DNA from: a virus
Lineage: Duplodnaviria > Caudoviricetes
Direction: 5' to 3' (one strand)
Length of the DNA: 64,000 bases
Virus record (IMG/VR): IMGVR_UViG_3300011337_000669
Below the pieces are notes generated by a model. That model was given only the letters and a program-made list of their open reading frames with translations, did no database searches and had not been told where the DNA came from. Below are positions 18,764 to 27,036 of the stretch, in pieces. A program made the position numbers and the translations under genes. Numbering within the stretch: position 1 is the first letter of the stretch; each line of letters starts with the position of its first letter.

Positions 18764-19369
18764 ATGCGAGTTTTATTTTTGGATAATGATGGAGTAATTT
18801 GCCTCAGTAGTAATTGGGGTTCCCGCCACAAAAAACAAGATAAGTGGGGTGGGAAAAAATTGTCTATGGATATAACATCAATTCCTGTTGAATGTCGTTT
18901 TGATAATTTCGATAAAAAAGCGGTAAAAGTTCTAAATCAAATATTAGAAACCACAGGTGCTGAAATCGTAGTTAGTTCTGATTGGAGATTACACGGTACC
19001 TTAGAAGAGTTGGGAGAATACTACACATCTCAAGGTATCATCAAAAAACCAATCGGATTCACCGAAGTATTCCATTACACAAATTGGTTAGAAGACGGTC
19101 GTGTCCCATCTGATTTTGAATGGAATAGGACCGATGGCCGAGAACAAGAAAGACATTTCGAAATTAAAGATTATCTAAAATCACATCCCGAAATTACACA
19201 TTGGGTAGCCATTGATGACCTTCACATGGGTATTCATGTCACAAACAGCTCTTATGGCCCATTTGATAGAGATTGGGGGTTAGAACACTTCGTATGGACA
19301 CCGAGAGATTGGGAAGGAATAAAACAAAGTGGTATTAAACAAAAAATAATAAAACATTTATCATGCTAG
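18764..19369 (+). CDS. HAD phosphatase, Swiss-army-knife RNA-repair type
   Basis: FLDNDGVI, IVVSSDWR, WVAIDDL motifs. Confidence 0.8.
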   Translation: MRVLFLDNDGVICLSSNWGSRHKKQDKWGGKKLSMDITSIPVECRFDNFDKKAVKVLNQILETTGAEIVVSSDWRLHGTLEELGEYYTSQGIIKKPIGFTEVFHYTNWLEDGRVPSDFEWNRTDGREQERHFEIKDYLKSHPEITHWVAIDDLHMGIHVTNSSYGPFDRDWGLEHFVWTPRDWEGIKQSGIKQKIIKHLSC

Positions 19370-19557
19370 TTAACATTAAAAAAATATTGGAAGAAGAAGG
19401 TGAAGTTCGTAAATTCGGTGGAGTCGCACCCGAAGGTTTTATTTTGGTTCATGAAAAAACTCTTGAATCTTTGAAAGATTTTGAGACATGGAAAATGTGG
19501 AAACATAATCAAATTACCATAAAAGAATTAAATAAAACTAACTTTGATAATAGTTAA
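19363..19557 (+). CDS. Hypothetical protein
   Basis: 64-aa ORF coupled to the HAD gene. Confidence 0.5.
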   Translation: MLVNIKKILEEEGEVRKFGGVAPEGFILVHEKTLESLKDFETWKMWKHNQITIKELNKTNFDNS

Positions 19558-19563
19558 TAATAT

Positions 19564-19887
19564 ATGACAGTTTCACCAAAAAGACACATCGCAAAAACGA
19601 TTTCGTATCGAATAATCAGCAGTGGAATAGGGTTTCTCACCATGTGGTTAGTAACAGGATCCATCGAAATCGGAGCGGCATTCAGTATTATCGAACTAAT
19701 ATGGAAACCAATTCAGTATTATATTCACGAACGTGTTTGGTATAAACACATTAGGTTCGGATTAAAAGAATCTAAACCACCTATTAAGTCCGAAGTTCGT
19801 ATTGTAGAATCAATTTCAACTGGAACCTCAGAAACAGTAACGACCACAGGACCAAAAAGATTAGTTTATACAAAGAAGACCGAATAA
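19564..19887 (+). CDS. DUF2061-like membrane protein
   Basis: RHIAKTISYRI...LVTGSI...YYIHERVW pattern. Confidence 0.75.
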   Translation: MTVSPKRHIAKTISYRIISSGIGFLTMWLVTGSIEIGAAFSIIELIWKPIQYYIHERVWYKHIRFGLKESKPPIKSEVRIVESISTGTSETVTTTGPKRLVYTKKTE

Positions 19888-19922
19888 CTCGGTCTTTTTT
19901 TTTGTCTTGATATTTATTTAGT

Positions 19923-20648
19923 ATGAGTATCGAAAAAAACATTTCAAGAATTTTTGAAGAAATTGATTCATCCAAAAATTTTATAATCGAAGTTCTTTCA
20001 GGCAGTGACAAATTATTTGGAGGAACGAGTGTTAGAATTCCATCTGACGGGTCTCATGCGGGACAATCAGGATGGGCAAGTGGTAACGCGTGGGATATTT
20101 TTGCGCCGGCTGGAACACCAGTGTATTCCATTTCTGACGGTGTAGCGACAACATTTAATGATTATGGTCCGAGAGTTATAGCCACCGCTGACGGTAAAAA
20201 ATTATTTGGGCAAGGATTCACAGTTGAAACTGCAGGTAATATACCAAACCTATTTTATACTCACCTACAAGGTTCAACAATCGGGAAAGGGTCTCAAGTA
20301 AAATGTGGTCAACTTTTAGGTTATATTATGGATTTTCCTGGCGGATCAGACCACGTCCATATTGGAGTTGAGAGTGGTAGTATTAAACAATTTTTGAATG
20401 GAGATGGGACAATTAAATGTGCTTCAGGTCAAGAAATAACAGGAACTGATGTCACACCATTGGTACCTGTAGTATCAACTGGTGGTGAACCATCAGAATT
20501 GACAGGTAACATTCCTACTAGTGGTTCTGAAGAATTTGAATTTTTCACTGGAACTCCGGATGATAATTCTGAAGACTTAGAATTTTTCAAAGGAATAAAA
20601 GAACGAAAAATCTCGGAAAATATAAAAAGAATAAAAAATTTGTTATAA
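19923..20648 (+). CDS. M23-family peptidase (peptidoglycan hydrolase-like)
   Basis: H..WDIFAPAGTPVYSISDG, FYTHL, VKCGQLLG, DHVHIG. Confidence 0.75.
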   Translation: MSIEKNISRIFEEIDSSKNFIIEVLSGSDKLFGGTSVRIPSDGSHAGQSGWASGNAWDIFAPAGTPVYSISDGVATTFNDYGPRVIATADGKKLFGQGFTVETAGNIPNLFYTHLQGSTIGKGSQVKCGQLLGYIMDFPGGSDHVHIGVESGSIKQFLNGDGTIKCASGQEITGTDVTPLVPVVSTGGEPSELTGNIPTSGSEEFEFFTGTPDDNSEDLEFFKGIKERKISENIKRIKNLL

Positions 20649-20692
20649 AAAAACCCACCATAAGGTGGGTTTTTTTATAGGTTAAGTTGAGA

Positions 20693-20878
20693 TTACTTTA
20701 CTGCCTCACCTTGAGCGGCTTCAACTGCTACTGTGTCTGCAACTTCTACCGCTACTGAGTCAACTGCTACTGAATCAACAGCTACTGAATCAGCGGCTAC
20801 AGTTTCAACTGCCTTACCTCCGCAAGATGCGAGAATCATGGTAGATAGGATTGCGAATACTACTAAACTTTTTTTCAT
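20693..20878 (-). CDS. Small lipoprotein with DSVAV repeats
   Basis: Lipobox ILASC, then ADSVAVDSVAVDSVAV. Confidence 0.7.
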   Translation of the reverse strand: MKKSLVVFAILSTMILASCGGKAVETVAADSVAVDSVAVDSVAVEVADTVAVEAAQGEAVK

Positions 20879-20978
20879 TTTTTTTTGTGTTTTTGTTTTT
20901 TATTTAATTTACGAACTATAAATATACGAAAGTTTCTTGAGGTCGTCAAATTTTTTGTATTTTTTACAAAACTTTTTT

Positions 20979-21365
20979 TTAAGATAAAATCTGTATAAAG
21001 TAATATGACAGTTTATATCCTGTGAAAGCTCCTAATGTAGATGGTATCGGAAATACAATTAATTTACCCAAATCTGTGACGTATTTTGGTCTATTTACAA
21101 TTTTACCCATAAAGAAATAATAGGTCAAATAACCTATTAAAACTGCAATGTCAGTTTCAGTTGCAATGAAAACAACCAAAGTTGCTGCAATAAATCCAAA
21201 GATAAAATTATCTCGGACTCCCTCCCAAATCTCATAAGAACTTGCGTCCTTATATTCTTTTACAATCTTCTCAAGTTTTATCTTGTTTTTATTTTTTTTT
21301 AATTCAAGATCCTTAGTTGGAAAATCCTGATCCTCTTTGATGTAATCCTTTAGATTGATTTGCAT
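20979..21365 (-). CDS. Hypothetical membrane protein
   Basis: 128 aa with three hydrophobic segments. Confidence 0.5.
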   Translation of the reverse strand: MQINLKDYIKEDQDFPTKDLELKKNKNKIKLEKIVKEYKDASSYEIWEGVRDNFIFGFIAATLVVFIATETDIAVLIGYLTYYFFMGKIVNRPKYVTDLGKLIVFPIPSTLGAFTGYKLSYYFIQILS

Positions 21366-21368
21366 TTG

Positions 21369-21923
21369 TTATAATTTGAATGTTGGTAATACTTTATCTT
21401 TGTGTGATACTTTAACATCGATATCTCTTACACCCCAATCAATCTTAAGAGTTGGGTCATTATAAACAATGCCACCTTCGGATTCTTTATTGTAATAGTT
21501 ATCTACTTTGTAATTGAATATTGCTTCGGTTGATAAAACTGAGAATCCATGTCCACATCCTTTCGGTACAAACACCATCTTACCATTCTTATCACTTAAA
21601 TCAACGGTGATGTGTTTACCATATGTGTCCGAATCATGTCTTAAATCTACAATCACATCTCTTACTAATCCATATGAACATCTTACTAGTTTAGATTGTG
21701 CCCATTCTCCTTGTTGAAAATGAATACCTCTAACAACTCCATACTTAGAAAATGATTCGTTATCTTGTACAAATGTAATGTTATGACCTAATGTAAGTCT
21801 TAAAATATCTTCAAACGCATCCTTAACGTATGGTGTTGAAAAGTATCCCCTTTCATCTTTATAGATTTCAGTATTTACAATGAAACAATCTTTGATTTTT
21901 GTTTTTTCTAATTTGTATTCCAT
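21369..21923 (-). CDS. rfbC: dTDP-4-dehydrorhamnose 3,5-epimerase
   Basis: DERGYF, FVQDNESFS..GVVRGIHFQ, KLVRC, VDLRHDS.TYG, VPKGCGHGF, YKVDNYY; start MEYKL at 21923. Confidence 0.92.
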   Translation of the reverse strand: MEYKLEKTKIKDCFIVNTEIYKDERGYFSTPYVKDAFEDILRLTLGHNITFVQDNESFSKYGVVRGIHFQQGEWAQSKLVRCSYGLVRDVIVDLRHDSDTYGKHITVDLSDKNGKMVFVPKGCGHGFSVLSTEAIFNYKVDNYYNKESEGGIVYNDPTLKIDWGVRDIDVKVSHKDKVLPTFKL

Positions 21924-21949
21924 GACTATTTTTAATTTGAATTTCCATG

Positions 21950-22100
21950 CTGTAAGGGATGGATTCGAACCACCACGAGGAGATTCAACAAGTAACATAT
22001 CGCCGGCCGGCTGGTGGTCTACCCCCTCATATTACTTATCTATTTCTTTATCCCCACCCCCGAGACAGGAGGGTTTGTCTGCCAATTTCAACACCTTACA
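21950..22100 (-). tRNA. tRNA-Asp(GTC)-like RNA with ~80-nt variable-arm insertion
   Basis: Acceptor TGTAAGG/CCTTACA, D arm TTG-AAATTGGCAGA-CAA, anticodon arm CCCTC-CTGTCTC-GGGGG, T arm GGTGG-TTCGAAT-CCATC; 151 nt total. Confidence 0.65.
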
Positions 22101-22210
22101 AGATAATAGTAAAGGTAATAAAATATTACCATTATAAAAAATGAAATATGTTTTTTTCAAAAAAAAAACCCTCAGATTTCTGAGGGTTCTTTATCTATTT
22201 TTATTTCATA

Positions 22211-22789
22211 TTAAAAATATGTTTGTTCAAAATAAAGAACTTGAAATTTGTCCGATTTGTCAACTAAATTCGATCCATTAATTAAATCATTAAATTCTAC
22301 AACTGATTCCCTTTGAATATTTCTGAATTGTTCAAGAAAGTCGAAAGTAATCAAATCTTCTGCAAATACATCCTGTGAATTTTTGGTGTATTGTTTCATC
22401 AAATACAACTCAAACTCATATGCTTGATGAACGATATCGATCAGGTTGTCAAATTCAAATTTCTCTTTGTTTCCTTCCACAAAAGGGATGATGTTGAAAT
22501 CTGTCATGTACTTTTGAAGGATTTCCGCATGTTCCAACTCTGTTTTGGAGTCAGCATCAAAAAATGCTGCAGCTTTTTTATAATTTTGGTCATGGCACCA
22601 GTTTGCAGCTGCTCTGTATAATCCATGAGCGTGATATTCGTCTTTGATTCTGTCATTAAGCATTTTAACAACCTTATCACTTAACTTATAAAGTTTCGGT
22701 TCATTATTTTTCGATGGAACGTTTTTTGCTTGTTCTGAAAGCTGCACCATTCTATATAATTGTTCTTTAGTTAGAGTTACTTTTTCCAT
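22211..22789 (-). CDS. Ferritin-like protein
   Basis: LNDRIKDEYHAHGLYRAAANW, ELEHAE, YEFE, FLEQFRNIQRE ferroxidase-type pattern. Confidence 0.8.
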   Translation of the reverse strand: MEKVTLTKEQLYRMVQLSEQAKNVPSKNNEPKLYKLSDKVVKMLNDRIKDEYHAHGLYRAAANWCHDQNYKKAAAFFDADSKTELEHAEILQKYMTDFNIIPFVEGNKEKFEFDNLIDIVHQAYEFELYLMKQYTKNSQDVFAEDLITFDFLEQFRNIQRESVVEFNDLINGSNLVDKSDKFQVLYFEQTYF

Positions 22790-22885
22790 ATTAATAAATA
22801 TATCAAAATAAAAAAAAATAACATTCTATGTGCGTTGCGCCCTCACTTCCAGTTCCCAATCGAGTTCCTTCGTCATAGAATGTTA

Positions 22886-22973
22886 TGGCAGAGAATATTG
22901 GATTCGAACCAATGCATCCCTTTCGAGATGACAGATTAGCAATCTGCTCCTTTAACCACTCAGGCAATTCTCT
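22886..22973 (-). tRNA. tRNA-Ser(GCT)
   Basis: Loop TTGCTAA, long variable arm, encoded CCA. Confidence 0.92.
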
Positions 22974-23035
22974 ATTAATTTATTCATGTTCCAAAACTCG
23001 CTTTTTTTTGATGTTTTGGAACATCAATAACTCAG

Positions 23036-23106
23036 ATGTCTTATGAGGATTCGAACCTCAACTAAGTCAGCCAAAGTGACTTGTGCTACCGTTACACCAT
23101 AAGACA
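23036..23106 (-). tRNA. tRNA-Gln(TTG)
   Basis: Stem AGTCA/TGACT, loop CTTTGGC. Confidence 0.9.
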
Positions 23107-23111
23107 AAATG

Positions 23112-23192
23112 TGGGATCGGAGGGATTTGAACCCCCAATGTCGAAAGACGGATGATTTACAGTCATCGGAGCAGCCGTTGCTCAACGATCCC
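23112..23192 (-). tRNA. tRNA-Tyr(GTA)
   Basis: Loop CTGTAAA, long variable arm GTC-TTTC-GAC. Confidence 0.9.
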
Positions 23193-23415
23193 AAAGTTAG
23201 GAAAGGAGAAGATGGTTCAGTGGACATCTCCTTTTACGATTGGCGTTACTATAATGATTTCAAACTCCAAATGTACCACCTCCATCATCAGGTTAACATA
23301 CATTCATTCCCCAATCAACCTATAAATGTTCTTCAGCATTCTACTCCCAGCTCCGAGGAATCGTATCTAACTTAGCCCATCTCACTGCTGTATGGGTACT
23401 GAAGTTTACATTTTG

Positions 23416-23486
23416 CACACCCACCAAGACTCGAACTTGGAACAACGGGTTTGGAGACCGTGATGATGCCATTTCACCATAGATGC
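23416..23486 (-). tRNA. tRNA-Trp(CCA)
   Basis: Loop CTCCAAA, T arm CCAAG-TTCGAGT-CTTGG. Confidence 0.9.
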
Positions 23487-23903
23487 TTACTTCTTTAACA
23501 ACCAAGACGAAGATTGGATTTTATCTCCGAGTCCATCAATCAACTTAATCCCCCACCAATCACATACCTGTCTCTCAGGGATCGAATTATTGTTTTGGTC
23601 TCCACCATTGGCGAAAATAAGTTCGTTTGCTGGATCCTCTCCAGAATGAATCATACCGAGTGTCTGACACACAGTTCTATCTGTATCAATAGATAGAATT
23701 GCTTTGTCAACCATTTTCAGGTTTTCGATAATGAACATTCTTTCATCTTCGTCTTGGAACTCTTTACTACCTTTTAATTCTCTCTGTTTGTCGTTGTTGA
23801 CAATCACATAGAGTTTATCACCATGTTCTTTGGCTTTATTGAAATATTCAATATGACCTTTATGAACAGGATTAAAATAACCGCTTACAATTACAATTTT
23901 CAT
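23487..23903 (-). CDS. Cytidylyltransferase-like protein (RfaE/TagD family)
   Basis: VSGYFNPVHKGH (HxGH), VIVNND, FANGGD, IQSSS. Confidence 0.85.
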   Translation of the reverse strand: MKIVIVSGYFNPVHKGHIEYFNKAKEHGDKLYVIVNNDKQRELKGSKEFQDEDERMFIIENLKMVDKAILSIDTDRTVCQTLGMIHSGEDPANELIFANGGDQNNNSIPERQVCDWWGIKLIDGLGDKIQSSSWLLKK

Positions 23904-24077
23904 CTCATTTCGTAGGTTAAAGTTTCCAATTCTAATTCACTTTCATAGAAATATGGACAAGCCCAAACAGGTTTATCACATTTGAGTTTAACCATTCTTC
24001 CTTTGTTGTATCCAAGAGAAATGACTGTTGCCCATCCTGAATATCTTGTCTTAACTCTGTCACCAACTTTTAATTCA

Positions 24078-24386
24078 CTAAATGTCATCTTCTGCAGTAT
24101 TGAGTTCAAAGTTACTAAATTTTAATCCCCACATCAAAGAAATCATAGACATTTCTTTTTCAGCCATTTTAGCATACATACGAAGTTCTTTCATAAGGTA
24201 TTTTTTACCCCATTTTTTCCATTCTTCGTTTTGTTCCATAGTCATAGTCCAATCAGTATACCAACTATCCTTACGGTCCTTAACATCGTCAAAAGTTACA
24301 GGATGACCTGCAATCTCGAACATCTTGTTTATCATATCGACAACCATTTTTTGTTTTTTCTGATCTTTAGATAATCTCGGTTTCAT
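24078..24386 (-). CDS. Hypothetical protein
   Basis: 102-aa ORF coupled to a 69-aa ORF (23900-24109). Confidence 0.5.
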   Translation of the reverse strand: MKPRLSKDQKKQKMVVDMINKMFEIAGHPVTFDDVKDRKDSWYTDWTMTMEQNEEWKKWGKKYLMKELRMYAKMAEKEMSMISLMWGLKFSNFELNTAEDDI

Positions 24387-24425
24387 AATTTTCTTTGTTT
24401 ATTGGTTGATGAGGTACTAATATAG

Positions 24426-24510
24426 AGGTGAGAGTGAGATTCGAACTCACGAGAAACTTTCGTTTATCAGTTTTGCAGACTGTTACCTTCAACCACTCGG
24501 CCATCTCACC
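24426..24510 (-). tRNA. tRNA-Cys(GCA) with a long variable arm
   Basis: GGTGAGA/TCTCACC, U73, loop CTGCAAA, extra arm AAAC-GAAA-GTTT. Confidence 0.85.
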
Positions 24511-24797
24511 TTAAGCCACTTGGGTATCTGACCATTGATAAGGTGCCAGGACGGGTTTCTAACCCGCTCTTCAGTTAATCACTGCGTGCTGCCATTTACA
24601 CCACCTGACTAATTTTTAGATTTCTAAAACTCATCCCTGACGGGGTAAAGAAACTCCATCTTATTTGTTTTTTGCGTAGTCAGGACAGGATTCGAACCTG
24701 TAATAGAAAGAGTACGCTATCTCGCTGCGTGACCAGTTACCTATCTATGTCAGTAACGCTAAACTCTGTGTCTACCAATTCCACCACCTGACTATTA

Positions 24798-24917
24798 TTA
24801 TTTCAGTAATTTTGACCAAATCTTAATTACCATGTCTCTTTGTGGAGATGGTTGTAATTTAGACCACCTATCAATCCACATTTGAATTTCATCTTTACTA
24901 ATAACTTTTTTACTCAT
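24798..24917 (-). CDS. 39-aa micro-ORF between tRNA-like elements
   Basis: MSKKVISKDEIQMWIDRWSKLQPSPQRDMVIKIWSKLLK*, fills the gap exactly. Confidence 0.5.
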   Translation of the reverse strand: MSKKVISKDEIQMWIDRWSKLQPSPQRDMVIKIWSKLLK

Positions 24918-25327
24918 AACTTTTGATTTTAAGTAGTCAGGACAGGACTCGAACCCGTATTAATTTACATATTGAATGGGTGTCAACTTAATGTCTTCCA
25001 ATCAATCATCAATCTACCATTAGCTTTCGCCACCTGACTAATTTTTAGATTTCTAAAACTCATCCCTAACGGGGTAAAGAAACTCCATCTTATTTGTTTT
25101 TTGCGTAGTCAGGACAGGACTCGAACCTGTATTATCACGATGCGTAGAATTAAGGGAGCTTATTCCTTAATTGTGATATTACCTACATAGCGTACACCAA
25201 TTTCGCCACCTGACTTAAAAAACACTTTAGTCGCGGGGAACCCATCTTCCGCTTCTTACTAGATTCTTGTAGCTTACTTACTTAAGTTCATACCGTTACT
25301 ACTAGGGAACCCAACATTGTGTTTTTG

Positions 25328-25386
25328 TGGAGTGGAGGGAGTCGAACCCTCTGCCTGTACCTGTACGGCTTTAAACAAACCACTCC
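25328..25386 (-). ncRNA. 59-nt D-armless tRNA-like domain
   Basis: GGAGTGG/CCACTCC + A, T arm GAGGG-TTCGACT-CCCTC, short central stem GCC-GTAC..GTAC-GGC. Confidence 0.65.
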
Positions 25387-25833
25387 TAAGCCTGCAGAGC
25401 TGTTACAACTATCGCATTAATCTCATATGCTATTTCCATAGGTTAGAAAATGTGAGTCTCAAACCAACATTATATAGTTGCCTATTCTTTTTCAAACTTA
25501 GTTTTAGTTGCTTTCCATGCGCAAGGCTCATAACTAATTTCCAGTATCGCCACGTGGAGGCGTTTGAATGATACCGCTGGGCTTCGTTATTCTCCTTTCG
25601 GATATTGTTTCATACCTTACTCCGGCCTTATCTCGAGTTGACCGTTTGTGGCTTCTTATACAATTTATTTTAATTCAGCATCCCCTACTGCCCGTTTGGA
25701 TGCGTTTATGAATTTATTAGTCTATTCCTAATAGGCAACTCTGGAATCACCAGAATATCTGTCCGGTCTGTTCACATTATCGTAACCGCCTGTTACGTTA
25801 AGAACCGAAGCATGTGGCCGGCAATCATTACAT
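25387..25833 (-). ncRNA. Candidate large structured ncRNA (~450 nt)
   Basis: No long ORF on the transcribed strand; 11-bp long-range helix (25476-25486 with 25730-25740); hairpins TCC-GAAA-GGA, CGTAAC/GTTACG, GCATCC/GGATGC, CTGG/CCAG, TTAGTT/AACTAA. Confidence 0.6.
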
Positions 25834-25980
25834 TGTAGTCAGGACAGGATTCGAACCTGTAAGAGAGTTACTATCCTTCACTCTCCCGTTTAGTTATTAT
25901 CAGACTTTTAATGAGGTCGTATCTCGTGTTGAACTGTTTTACCTAAATAGCGTCTCTCCATTGCGCGACCTGACTGTATT

Positions 25981-26118
25981 TTAGATATAAATTTGAATTA
26001 TTAAGAAAGGAATTTCCAATGAAATATATCTACGATTTGGTATACTAGAAGTCCCCCATGCTATCATCAATCCTATTTGATTGGAAGTCATTAGTCTTCC
26101 CCATTTATATTCTTTCAT
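25981..26118 (-). CDS. 45-aa micro-ORF, copy 1 of a duplicated cassette
   Basis: MKEYKWGRLMTSNQIGLMIAWGTSSIPNRRYISLEIPFLIIQIYI*; near-identical copy at 26888-27025. Confidence 0.6.
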   Translation of the reverse strand: MKEYKWGRLMTSNQIGLMIAWGTSSIPNRRYISLEIPFLIIQIYI

Positions 26119-26241
26119 ATATTTTTTATTTAAGTAGTCAGGACAGGATTCGAACCTGTGATAGACGCTCCTTAGAGTCCGCTATCTTGGCAGCCAATTC
26201 CGCCACCTGACTTTATTCTATTTATTAAGTTATCGTTTTGC

Positions 26242-26469
26242 TTATTTATGAGTTATGCGATAATTGCCTTTAAACTTTGAGTATAAGATTTCGTTGTAAT
26301 GTCTATTACATTCGTACTGATATACAAATTCACCATTGTTTTTACACCACATAACGAAATCTATTGCTTCTTTTTGTAGCAACATATCACTAACATTAGA
26401 TAACCACAATTGCTTGTTGTATTCATCTATTGTGGTTTGTGCTTTTTTATAATCCTCTTCTGTTATCAT
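26242..26469 (-). CDS. Hypothetical protein between tRNA-like elements
   Basis: 75-aa ORF. Confidence 0.5.
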   Translation of the reverse strand: MITEEDYKKAQTTIDEYNKQLWLSNVSDMLLQKEAIDFVMWCKNNGEFVYQYECNRHYNEILYSKFKGNYRITHK

Positions 26470-26887
26470 AATTTTTTTATTAAATTATCAATTGTGTTTA
26501 TCTGTAACTGTTGTAGTCAGGACAGGATTCGAACCTGTAAAATAGTTTAACAAACTATTGGTGTGCACTACCTTTAAGGTTTCTAAGTCTTACAAGTTAT
26601 TATGCTTTACTTCCCGAGCGTCTACCAATTCCGCCACCTGACTATTGTTTTAAAAGATTAACCATTCAGGAGCTTCACCTGCTTTTGATAGGACTGATAC
26701 CTCCAAGTTAATGGTCAATATCGAGCTTTTTACTTTAGTTAATCTTTTGTAGTCAGGACAGGATTCGAACCTGTTACAATAGATTCAATTGGTTTCCCAT
26801 CTTTTGCAGGTTATTACACTATCTCAGATTTTCGCCCTACTCATAGTTTATTATACCGCTATTGTACTTCCGCCACCTGACTATTTT

Positions 26888-27025
26888 TTAGATATAAATT
26901 TGAATTATTAAGAAAGGGATTTCCAATGAAATATATCTACGATTTGGTATACTAGAAGTCCCCCATGCTATCATCAATCCTATTTGATTGGAAGTCATTA
27001 ATCTTCCCCATTTATACTCTTTCAT
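26888..27025 (-). CDS. 45-aa micro-ORF, copy 2
   Basis: Differs from copy 1 by a few substitutions with frame retained. Confidence 0.6.
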   Translation of the reverse strand: MKEYKWGRLMTSNQIGLMIAWGTSSIPNRRYISLEIPFLIIQIYI

Positions 27026-27036
27026 ATATTTTTTAT

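Noticed and set aside
26135-26212. CTCTAAG in this element read as an amber-suppressor anticodon loop
   Set aside because: No 5-bp stem flanks a 7-nt loop there; it folds as CTC-TAAG-GAG inside a longer stem.
26660-26700. TATCAAAAGCAGGTGAAG resembling the 5' end of a SAM-I riboswitch
   Set aside because: The rest of the SAM-I core (kink-turn, P3, P4, GCAACC/GATG) is missing and it is not upstream of a metabolic gene.
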